The notes beneath the pieces are model-generated. The model did no database searches. It saw nothing but the letters and a program-made list of their open reading frames with translations, and had not been told where the DNA came from. A stretch of 64,000 nt of DNA. It comes from a virus. The stretch covers positions 1-64,000 of IMG/VR virus record IMGVR_UViG_3300040809_000464; one strand, 5' to 3'. Position 1 is the stretch's first letter. Each line of letters starts with the position of its first letter. Of this stretch, positions 17,977-26,273 are shown in pieces. Position numbers and translations under genes: made by a program.

Positions 17977-18252
17977 ATGACAAAATCAATCATAAGTATG
18001 GTAGCACCTGATGAAAGCGGTGTGTTAGTATTACAAGAGACGGTATTGAAAATCTTGGAGTCACCACATACAGATGAACTAACTAAACAGAAAGCTTTAG
18101 AAGTAATGGCTAAAGGTGTAACACCACCAGAACATATACATGTATCTGGTTGCAGCTTCGTCTGTCATGAAAACTCTTGCAAAGATCAAGAACTGGAGAA
18201 ATCAACTGTAGACCAAACTGTAGAAGACTCTTTAGATAATTTTGCTGACTAG
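17977..18252 (+). CDS. Hypothetical protein, weakly TerS-helix-like
   Basis: ATG 17977 with GAGGAG RBS. Confidence 0.65.
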   Translation: MTKSIISMVAPDESGVLVLQETVLKILESPHTDELTKQKALEVMAKGVTPPEHIHVSGCSFVCHENSCKDQELEKSTVDQTVEDSLDNFAD

Positions 18253-18264
18253 TGCTTGGTTTAA

Positions 18265-18393
18265 ACCATTGCCTATGCGGTGGTAGCAAAACGGTGCGGT
18301 GTACATCGTAAGCAACAATACACCCGTAGTTAAGATGTATCTACGATACTCCTTGGCGGAGGTTAGTTCGCCTATGACGTAACAAGAACTAAC
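18265..18393 (+). ncRNA. Candidate structured RNA (five consecutive hairpins)
   Basis: ACCATTGC/GCGGTGGT, GGTGTA/TACACC, CGTAG/CTACG, CTCC/GGAG, GTTAGTTC/GAACTAAC; GC-richer than flanks. Confidence 0.5.
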
Positions 18394-18455
18394 ACATATT
18401 TTAAACATTTACATAATCTACATTGTAGATATAATATTAATAACAGGAGCAGTAT

Positions 18456-18731
18456 ATGTCTAGATGTAGAGCATGTAACCGTATGATAGATATATATGAT
18501 AAGAACGCTGTATTAGAATTCCCTTCAGATAGTGAAATCTTAGAAGCATTGTACGATTTAGATGAAGAAACATTAGAAGAGTCTTTCAACAAAGAACCTA
18601 ATAGCGTTCGTGAAGAAGAAGACCTATGCAGTCATTGTCGTGTAGAGGTGATTAACTCAGTGCGATACTCAAGAGAATATGAACACGAAGATGTAGTGAA
18701 TGACCCTCTAAGAGAAATATTTAATAACTAA
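18456..18731 (+). CDS. Small zinc-binding protein
   Basis: CRAC ... CSHC pairs; AGGAG RBS. Confidence 0.7.
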   Translation: MSRCRACNRMIDIYDKNAVLEFPSDSEILEALYDLDEETLEESFNKEPNSVREEEDLCSHCRVEVINSVRYSREYEHEDVVNDPLREIFNN

Positions 18732-18745
18732 ATTATATTATTCTC

Positions 18746-18774
18746 TTGACAAGACTCTAATTATATGATATAAT
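18746..18774 (+). promoter_or_regulatory. Consensus sigma70 promoter
   Basis: TTGACA-17 bp-TATAAT with TG. Confidence 0.85.
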
Positions 18775-18859
18775 ACTAGGTAGATTATTTTTATGTATAT
18801 CTCTTTCTTGGTATCCATAAGAATAAAGATTTATCAGAATTACATATAAAGGAGCCTTT

Positions 18860-19189
18860 ATGAGACCTCTATTGGAAGATGAGGCTAAAAAGAATAACCG
18901 TAAAGCATTCACCAAACTTCTCAAACGCTGTGGTGAAAGCCTCCCTAAAGCTCTCGATACCATCCTAGATATTATGGATGATCCTAATGCACCTATCACG
19001 TCAAAACTCCAAGCAGCTCGTACCGTTATAGATTTAGTATCTAGCGGTGATAAAGTCTTGAAGAGCTACTTAGAAGATAGGCTTGAGAATGAATACGGTA
19101 AAGCCAAACAAACTAAAAAGAAAATCATTGAAGAAAACCCAGAATTAGATGAAGAGACTGAAGTGGTTGTTTCTATTACAGGCACATAA
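18860..19189 (+). CDS. Putative terminase small subunit
   Basis: 109 aa, ALDTILDIM...KLQAARTVID helical hairpin, terminal beta strand VVVSI, position upstream of terL. Confidence 0.55.
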   Translation: MRPLLEDEAKKNNRKAFTKLLKRCGESLPKALDTILDIMDDPNAPITSKLQAARTVIDLVSSGDKVLKSYLEDRLENEYGKAKQTKKKIIEENPELDEETEVVVSITGT

Positions 19190-19343
19190 ACAGACCTCTC
19201 TATCATAGGAACCTAATACGTTCCACATCAACAAGAATCTCTCCCAACCTTCCATATTAAGCTATATCCTCGTAGCTATCTCTTATCTATACCTTTAGAT
19301 ATCCCTATTAAGCTATCACGCTTATTGGAACATATTTCTCCTC

Positions 19344-19357
19344 TGCCAAGGATGGCA
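19344..19357 (+). promoter_or_regulatory. CsrA/RsmA-type GGA-loop hairpin upstream of the holin
   Basis: TGCCA-AGGA-TGGCA contains the CARGGAUG core with GGA in the loop. Confidence 0.45.
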
Positions 19358-19431
19358 ACCCTCTTCTACTGTTTATCTGTAGATCTTCTATATAACATGA
19401 GTATTCTTGTACAACACTAAAAGGATACAAC

Positions 19432-19845
19432 ATGGCACTCCCTCTTATACCAATACTAACTACCCTAATATCCCCTGTCACAGATTATCTTACACGAAGA
19501 CAAGACAGAAAGCAATTACAACAACAAGCAGAAGCAAAGATTACACAGTCACGACTTGACAATGACAAAGCTATAGAACTATCTATACATGAGTGGGAAG
19601 CCATAAATGTAACTAAACAGGATAGCTCTTGGAAGGATGAACTTGTAACGTTAGTCTTCCTATTACCTATCATTATGATCTTCGTAGGGAGTATCTATGG
19701 AGCCTTCACTGGTAATATGACACTACTAGAAGGAACTCTCAAAGGTATTGAAGCCTTAAAGGAACTCGGGATAGACTTCGGTACAATTACTACTACTGTG
19801 GTGTTCGCTGCTGTAGGTATCAAAGCTGTTAATAGATTCAAATAA
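19432..19845 (+). CDS. Putative holin (3TM, gene-transfer-release holin-like)
   Basis: SWKDELVTLVFLLP motif, N-terminal amphipathic helix, two C-terminal TMs. Confidence 0.65.
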   Translation: MALPLIPILTTLISPVTDYLTRRQDRKQLQQQAEAKITQSRLDNDKAIELSIHEWEAINVTKQDSSWKDELVTLVFLLPIIMIFVGSIYGAFTGNMTLLEGTLKGIEALKELGIDFGTITTTVVFAAVGIKAVNRFK

Positions 19846-19856
19846 GAGGTATGTAT

Positions 19857-19931
19857 ATGAGTTTTAAGTCATTCCTAAGAAGACAACACGATAAAGATAA
19901 TCAGGATAAGAACGATGCCAGTAAACCGTAA
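19857..19931 (+). CDS. Possible 24-aa peptide
   Basis: GAGGT RBS; ATG TAT ATG dual start; MSFKSFLRRQHDKDNQDKNDASKP. Confidence 0.35.
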   Translation: MSFKSFLRRQHDKDNQDKNDASKP

Positions 19932-20260
19932 ATTTAGAAGGATGGGCTGCTTCAGAGGTATGCGTCAATGTGTCCTTAGAGGCTTCCCTGAGAGTCAGTA
20001 TAAGTGGTTAGGTCGTGGTAGGTATGGACGTATGAGGTTGGGATCTAATAAGAAGTGCTTTGGGGTTGGCTGGAGGAGTGTGTGCTAGATATATTAAAAC
20101 TATACGTGTGGCTACCCTTTGTACTGATCGGAACTGTATGGGCTTCTGCTGTGTTTGTTATCTATGGAGCCTACTTTGAGTTATTCTTCTTATGGTTCTG
20201 TACTTGGAGGTGTACCTTTGACTTGGTGGGGACTTTAAGGATTATATTGAGAGGTGTTGT

Positions 20261-21175
20261 TTGAAGTATTTATATATAATTCATAATAGTGTTAATGATA
20301 AGAAGTATGTTGGTGTTTCAATAAGACCTGATGAAAGGTTTAAACAACATAAAAGAAGAGAAGGTTGCCCAGCTCTACGTAGTGCAATGAAGAAATATGG
20401 CACTGACAAATTCAGTATGGAACTACTTTGTGTAGGTGATGCAGAAACAATAGACCAGTTAGAGATTGAAGCTATACAGTTGTTCAATTCAGTAACACCT
20501 AATGGGTATAATGTATCGTTAGGCGGTGAAGGTGCTAAGTACATACAATGGTCAGATGAACAAGATAATCTTTTATATACGCTTAATAACATTACTGTAG
20601 CTAAACTTTTAAATATAGACCAGAATACAGTAGCTAGACGGAGGAGATTCTTAGGTATACCAAATATACCTCAAGATTTTAGTTGTAAGGAATTTAATAT
20701 AACTAAAGATGTTGAAGAAATATTCAGAGACACATCTATAACTATTAACACTGCGGCTAGAAAAGTCGGATGTGATAAAGCAACTGTATCAAAGTTTAGA
20801 AAGAAACATAACATAGGTCTTGATATAGGTGTACGTAAGGTAAATGGTGATCTAGTAAAGTTTGAACTTACAGAGGATATCATAGAGGAATATAAAGAGG
20901 GTAAACCTTATAAGTTTTTCAAAGAAAAGTATGGTATATCAAGAAGCTTGTTTAACAGACATAGATCAGGTCTTAAACTAACAGTTAGTAATGCGATTGT
21001 TTGGACAGAGGATATGTTAGAAGTGTTATTAAATAAAGAGTACACTGTAAGTAAGAAAGCAAGATTACTAGGATTGAATTACCGTACAGTAGAGAAAAAG
21101 TTGAGGAAGATACATGACAAAAAAGAAACAAATAGTATTGAGTCCTCAGAAAGGACCTCAAGAAGAATTCCTTAA
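20261..21175 (+). CDS. GIY-YIG homing endonuclease with C-terminal HTH repeats
   Basis: YLYIIHN...KKYVG...RFKQH...E..AI....NGYN; overlaps the terL start by 62 nt. Confidence 0.85.
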   Translation: MKYLYIIHNSVNDKKYVGVSIRPDERFKQHKRREGCPALRSAMKKYGTDKFSMELLCVGDAETIDQLEIEAIQLFNSVTPNGYNVSLGGEGAKYIQWSDEQDNLLYTLNNITVAKLLNIDQNTVARRRRFLGIPNIPQDFSCKEFNITKDVEEIFRDTSITINTAARKVGCDKATVSKFRKKHNIGLDIGVRKVNGDLVKFELTEDIIEEYKEGKPYKFFKEKYGISRSLFNRHRSGLKLTVSNAIVWTEDMLEVLLNKEYTVSKKARLLGLNYRTVEKKLRKIHDKKETNSIESSERTSRRIP

Positions 21176-23648
21176 AAGAAAAGATGAGGTGTTCCTTGTT
21201 CTCTTTGGTGGAGGTGCAGGTGGCGGTAAAGCACTAAGGGATGACCAACTAGTTTTAACTCCTACAGGTTGGGTGCAGATATCAGATTTAAAGTTTGGTG
21301 ATGAAGTTATGACACCAGACAATGAAGTAACTAATGTTACAGGAGTTTATCCGCAAGGTAAAGTAGATCTATATGAAGTCACTTTATTAGACGGCAGGAA
21401 GTCGATCTGCTGTGGTGATCACTTATGGGAGTGTTGGGATGCACGTAGAGCAAAGAGAACAGTAAGAAAGACTTCAGAGCTTATAGAACGTATTAAGCAT
21501 ATAAATGTATTATTACCAACTGTAGAGGAGATAGATTACTTATCAGAGTACCAAACAGAATTACCTTTAGATGCTTACGTGTTGGGCGCTTTATTAGGTG
21601 ATGGAGGTATGAGTAGCGACAGTGTTAGTTTTACAACTGCTGATGAGTTCTTTATTAAAGAGTTCATTAAGTTAGGTGTAGATATTGTTAAGTGGAATAG
21701 TGGTAAATACGCTTACGGTATTAGAGGTTTAAATCCTACACTAAGATCGCTGAATCTTATGTTTAAGACTTCTCATACTAAATTCATACCAGATATCTAT
21801 AAGAAAGCTTCTATACAAGACCGTAAGAATCTTATACAAGGTTTGATGGATACAGATGGTTATGTCTCTAAGGAAGGTAAACTTTACTATTATACTGTTA
21901 GTGAACAACTTGCAAAGGACTTCCAAGAGGTTGTCAGAAGTCTAGGGGGTTCAGCAACTATAACAGATAAGTATACTAAGTATAACGGTAAGCGTGTTAA
22001 GTCTTATAGTGTTTATATCAAATACAATGAGGGTAAAGAGCTTGTAAGATTACCTAGAAAGAGAAACCTTGCAAGGACTAAGAATACACATAACGGTGTT
22101 CGTATCAAGAGTATTGATAAAGTTGAATCTGGTGAGGCAACTTGCATTAGTGTGGCTTGTCCTAAGAAATTATTTATTACGAATGACTTCATAGTTACTC
22201 ATAATACGTATGGTATACTTTTAGACAACCTTCTATATATCAATGATCCAAATTATTTCTCTGTGTTCTTTAGACGTACACTTGTTGAGTTGAAGACGAA
22301 TCTGTTCCCCGAGATGTTGAGGTTAGCAGAACCATTCTTATTCTATCAGAGCGGTCCAAACAAAGGTAAGCCTAAAGGTAAGGCACATATAAGCCTTCAA
22401 GATTACACAATAACATGGCCATCTGGTGCTAAGACAACTTGTGCATATTTAGATCTAGAAAAAGATTCTGACAAATGGTATGGTGCTGAAATATCAAGAG
22501 CTTACTTTGATGAATTCCAGTTTACAAGAGAATATTGTTTCGATGTAATACGTTCTCGTATGCGTTCTAAAGCAAAGATAAAATCTTGTATCAGGTGTAC
22601 ATTGAACCCAGACGATTCACACTTCTGTTATAACTACGTTAGAATATTCTTAGATGAGGAAGGATTCCCAATCCCAGAGTATAGCGGTAGAGAAGCATTC
22701 TTCTTAATACATGACGGTGTGACGTACACAGCTTGGACTAGAGAGGAATTACTTGAGAAGTTCCCTGAGAAAAAAGGCGGTATAAAGAACTACACTTACA
22801 TACCTTCTACCCTAGAAGATAACGCTATCCTTATGAATTTAGAAGCTGATTATAAAGCCACACTAGATTCATTACCAGAAGCAAAGCGTAAGCAGCTCTT
22901 ATTAGGTTGCTGGCACGCTAGTCAGTCTGAAGGGGAGTATTTCCGTAAAGATTGGGTTAAGATGGTAAATGGTTCTGCTGAGAATGCTACTAGGTGTAGA
23001 GCTTGGGATTTAGCTGGTGTAGAACATGATCCTAATAGTACAGGGTATGCTAAGAATCCAGACTGGACTGCTGGTGTACTTATGAGTAAGAGACCTACTC
23101 CGAGCGGTGTACCTATCTATAGGGTTGAAGATGTAATTAGGGATCGTAAATCTATTGGTGATATCGTTAGCTTGATAGTACAGACTTCTGTAGAAGATGC
23201 AGAACTATACGGTGATAAGTATTCAGTATTCATCCCTTCAGATCCAAACCCTTCAGCAACAGCCTTCGCTAAAGATATTGTTAGCAAGTTAGTTGAGAAA
23301 GGTATCAAGGCGTACACTTCAAGTAGTAGGGATAGCAAGATAGACAGATACTTACCATTCTCTTGTGCTTGTCAGAACGATCAAGTTGAGGTTACAATAG
23401 CTCCTTGGAACAAAGAATATTTCCTTGAGTCTGAAAAGTTAACCTCTGACAGGTTGAAACAGAAGAAGCAAAAGGATGATCAGGTGGATGCTACTAGTGA
23501 TGCGTTTATAAGATTAAACAGTACTCGTGTTGTACCAGTCCCCACCTTACCAGCATCTTCTCAATCGACAGCAACCCGTTTAGATGAGCTTCGAAGGGAC
23601 ACTGGCAGAGGATTACCTAACGTGAATGACCTTAAGAAGAACCGTTAG
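21114..23648 (+). CDS. terL: Terminase large subunit (intein-containing)
   Basis: PQKGPQ Q-motif, Walker A GGGAGGGK|T, Walker B AYFDE, TLNP, nuclease AWDLA, DWTAG and DDQVDA. Confidence 0.95.
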   Translation: MTKKKQIVLSPQKGPQEEFLKRKDEVFLVLFGGGAGGGKALRDDQLVLTPTGWVQISDLKFGDEVMTPDNEVTNVTGVYPQGKVDLYEVTLLDGRKSICCGDHLWECWDARRAKRTVRKTSELIERIKHINVLLPTVEEIDYLSEYQTELPLDAYVLGALLGDGGMSSDSVSFTTADEFFIKEFIKLGVDIVKWNSGKYAYGIRGLNPTLRSLNLMFKTSHTKFIPDIYKKASIQDRKNLIQGLMDTDGYVSKEGKLYYYTVSEQLAKDFQEVVRSLGGSATITDKYTKYNGKRVKSYSVYIKYNEGKELVRLPRKRNLARTKNTHNGVRIKSIDKVESGEATCISVACPKKLFITNDFIVTHNTYGILLDNLLYINDPNYFSVFFRRTLVELKTNLFPEMLRLAEPFLFYQSGPNKGKPKGKAHISLQDYTITWPSGAKTTCAYLDLEKDSDKWYGAEISRAYFDEFQFTREYCFDVIRSRMRSKAKIKSCIRCTLNPDDSHFCYNYVRIFLDEEGFPIPEYSGREAFFLIHDGVTYTAWTREELLEKFPEKKGGIKNYTYIPSTLEDNAILMNLEADYKATLDSLPEAKRKQLLLGCWHASQSEGEYFRKDWVKMVNGSAENATRCRAWDLAGVEHDPNSTGYAKNPDWTAGVLMSKRPTPSGVPIYRVEDVIRDRKSIGDIVSLIVQTSVEDAELYGDKYSVFIPSDPNPSATAFAKDIVSKLVEKGIKAYTSSSRDSKIDRYLPFSCACQNDQVEVTIAPWNKEYFLESEKLTSDRLKQKKQKDDQVDATSDAFIRLNSTRVVPVPTLPASSQSTATRLDELRRDTGRGLPNVNDLKKNR
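21231..22205 (+). mobile_element. Class 3 intein (325 aa) with LAGLIDADG endonuclease, inserted in TerL Walker A
   Basis: Starts Ala (ALRDDQLVLTP), ends VTHN|T; DHLW, ATCISV, VTHN give the W-C-T triplet; LGALLGDG and GLMDTDG motifs. Confidence 0.92.
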
Positions 23649-23727
23649 AAGATGGATACCTAAAGGTTTCCTAAAGGGTCTTGTCAAGCCTTATTTCGTT
23701 AAATTTACATTTCTTTTAAGAAAAAGC

Positions 23728-23756
23728 TTGACAAGATTTACTTACCGTGTTATAAT
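23728..23756 (+). promoter_or_regulatory. Consensus sigma70 promoter for the mini-portal ORF
   Basis: TTGACA-17 bp-TATAAT with TG. Confidence 0.88.
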
Positions 23757-23799
23757 AATAGGGTAAAATTTACAGAGTAATCTAAAAAGAGGAGAGAAT

Positions 23800-24009
23800 A
23801 TGAGTACTGAGGAATTTATAGGCGGGGGTTGCACTTTACATATACCTAGAGGTATTTTAGATAAAGCTGCTAAAGACAACGAATCTCCTGAAGCAGTCCT
23901 TTTGAAAGATTTAGAAAAGGATGCAGCTCTTATTTCTGATGGTACTGAAAAGTATTTGGTACTCCCAGATGTAAAAGGTTTTAGATTAACCTCTACTAAG
24001 TCAGTATAA
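23800..24009 (+). CDS. Stand-alone portal clip-domain paralogue (69 aa)
   Basis: GAGGAG RBS; residues 15-52 align ungapped to the portal segment at 25436-25549 with 19/38 identities. Confidence 0.85.
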   Translation: MSTEEFIGGGCTLHIPRGILDKAAKDNESPEAVLLKDLEKDAALISDGTEKYLVLPDVKGFRLTSTKSV

Positions 24010-24016
24010 AAAGTTT

Positions 24017-24339
24017 ATAGTTCTCCCTAAGAAGAGGCGGCTACCTGAGACTATCTTAGAAGGTATGTTTGCAAGCGAGGGGATATAATAGTCTTTAACG
24101 TATTAGGGGTGGATTGGATAGAGCCTACCGTATATACTTTAATTAGTATTACGCTTACGCCCCCTAGAACTATTTCTTATACGATAAGCCCTGAACCTTC
24201 ATGCTAAAGGGTGTGCGATTGACTGCACTTAAGAGATTCACTGCTTAGAGGGAAATACTTAATAGTATTAACTTCTGAAGTGTGGACTATACCAATAGGC
24301 TGTAGAGGGGCGTATCACTCGACTACAAGCGGCAGGTAG
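24017..24339 (+). ncRNA. Candidate large structured non-coding RNA
   Basis: Nested stems ATAGTTCT/AGAACTAT, AGACTAT/ATAGTCT, TAGGGGT/GCCCCTA, GTGC/GCAC, AATACT/AGTATT, TGTAG/CTACA; long-range CTACCTG/CAGGTAG and TACGCCCCT/AGGGGCGTA. Confidence 0.55.
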
Positions 24340-24502
24340 ATATATCTTACTCTTTAGTACTTTATAGATACCACTGATACATTACAACAGTTTCTCCTCA
24401 GACACCTTTTAAGTTTCCCCTTTAATGGCTCTCACCATGTTTACGGCTTAGAAGGTGTCGTCCCATTCTCTATCAATTCCTACCATATCAAAGGAACACT
24501 TA

Positions 24503-26182
24503 ATGGCTGAACAGTCAAAGAAAACGCCTAAGACGAATTATTTAAGGCGTAATAAAAGTAGGAATAGTAATAAGAATAAGAATAACACTATTCAGACTCC
24601 CGTACAGAAAGCAGACACAGAAGATTTAGTTATCGAAAAGGAAATCAACGGACAGTCTGTAGTAATTAAAGGTACTTCCAATTTAGATAGACCAGTCTCA
24701 AGATTAGGTTCTAAGCAGAAGTCCTACCCAGCTCTATCTGTTACAGGTGGTAAGATAACAGAAGAACGTATTAAAGATTTACAGTATCAGAATCTATATA
24801 AAACTGTCAATGAGATGGTGAACGATGATGCTGTAGCGTTAGGTTACTTCACTAAGAGAGCGTTATTACAGATAGCACTTTCTAAGGCTCGTATCAAGAA
24901 AGGTAAGAGTACTTCTCCTCAAGCTAAAGAAGCTTACGAATTTATAAAGTGGGTGTTCGATAATATTGATCAGTCTTGGTATGATATTATAAGTAACATC
25001 ACTACATATCCTAAATATGGTTTCTCCTTACAAGAGATTGTACTCACCACGATCAAAGAGGGTAAGTATGAAGGTAAGAAGAAGCTTAAGAGATTGTCCC
25101 CTATATCAGCCAAGTCTGTAGAAGATTGGGTCTTTACAGATGACCAGAGAGAGTTGTTAGGTATTACACAATCTACAGCTTGGATGAATGACACTGGAAT
25201 AGCTGGCACAAACACTTTTAAAACTGCTACAGAATTTAGAAGACAAGACAATAAAACAGATATTGCAATACCTATTGAAAGGTTACTACACTTTGCTTAC
25301 AACGCCGAAGCTAATAATCCTACAGGGGAATCTCAGTTTAAGAGAGCCTATATAGCTTGGCGTGAGAAGACCCTTATTCAGGATCTAGCTCTTGTTGGTG
25401 TATCTAAAGATATGTCTGGTGTAATTCATATAGAGATACCTTCCGAAGTACTGGTCAAAGCAGCTAACGATCCAACCTCTCCAGAAGCAGACCTAGTAAA
25501 CCAGATGGAAAGGGATGCAGCTAACATATCAGCCAACTCTCAAGCTTATTTTATTACTGCTTCTGATGTAGATGAAGTTGGTAAGAATAAACTATACAGT
25601 ATGACCTTGAAGGGTGTTGAAGGCGGTAGTAAGAACTATGATGCAGATGCTATGGTGTCTACTCGTAGGAAAGCTATCTTAGACATCTTTGGTGTAGGCT
25701 TCATTGATAATAACTCTAACAGTTATAATAGCTCTGAAGCTGGTGCTAACTTTCATGAGCTGTTACTTGAGAGTGAATTAAATTTCATACTAGAACAATT
25801 CAACAGTAAACTTATCCCAACACTTCTAGCAGTGAATGGCTTTAGAGTGGACTCTGATGAAGCTCCTTATATGGAAGCTGGTAACGTTACAGAACGTTCA
25901 AGAGATGAGACCTCTAAGTTTATCCAACGTGTATTCGCTGTTAATGGTATCCCACGTACTAAAGAGATCATCTTAAAGCTTGTTGAAGATTCAGGACTAC
26001 CTACAGAGGAACTTGAAGATTTAGAGACTGAAGAGATATGGGAACTTATGGGGTGGAATCCAGAAGATAAACCTACTAGCAGATCTTCACAAGGGATGGA
26101 AAACGGGATGCCTAATGGCACTGGAAATGCAGATGGCAGTTCTGGTGATAGTAGCTCCTCTAACAATGAGAATGCTGAGTAA
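24503..26182 (+). CDS. Portal protein
   Basis: Position after terL; YGFSLQEIV, NPTGES..KRAYIAW..K motifs; likely ATG 24503 with AAGGA RBS. Confidence 0.9.
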   Translation: MAEQSKKTPKTNYLRRNKSRNSNKNKNNTIQTPVQKADTEDLVIEKEINGQSVVIKGTSNLDRPVSRLGSKQKSYPALSVTGGKITEERIKDLQYQNLYKTVNEMVNDDAVALGYFTKRALLQIALSKARIKKGKSTSPQAKEAYEFIKWVFDNIDQSWYDIISNITTYPKYGFSLQEIVLTTIKEGKYEGKKKLKRLSPISAKSVEDWVFTDDQRELLGITQSTAWMNDTGIAGTNTFKTATEFRRQDNKTDIAIPIERLLHFAYNAEANNPTGESQFKRAYIAWREKTLIQDLALVGVSKDMSGVIHIEIPSEVLVKAANDPTSPEADLVNQMERDAANISANSQAYFITASDVDEVGKNKLYSMTLKGVEGGSKNYDADAMVSTRRKAILDIFGVGFIDNNSNSYNSSEAGANFHELLLESELNFILEQFNSKLIPTLLAVNGFRVDSDEAPYMEAGNVTERSRDETSKFIQRVFAVNGIPRTKEIILKLVEDSGLPTEELEDLETEEIWELMGWNPEDKPTSRSSQGMENGMPNGTGNADGSSGDSSSSNNENAE

Positions 26183-26273
26183 TGAAGTTAACAATACAAG
26201 AATTAAAACAAATAGTAAAATGGGTGGGATATACAAATCCATCATCACCTAAGAAATACCTTAAGGAGTAACG

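Noticed and set aside
18253-18400. tRNA gene
   Set aside because: No cloverleaf with a TTCRA T-loop or acceptor stem found; kept only as a candidate structured RNA
20055-20264. 69-aa hydrophobic ORF before the GIY-YIG gene
   Set aside because: Start ambiguous (GTG) in a G/T-skewed tract and no recognisable motif; it may be real but cannot be supported
24306-24326. GGGGCGTATCACTCGAC resembles a tmRNA 5' end
   Set aside because: No T-arm or CCA end, no G3-U70 pair and no tag reading frame found
24436-24452. ACGGCTTA resembles the RNase P RNA 3' motif
   Set aside because: The required GAGGAAAGTCC partner is absent
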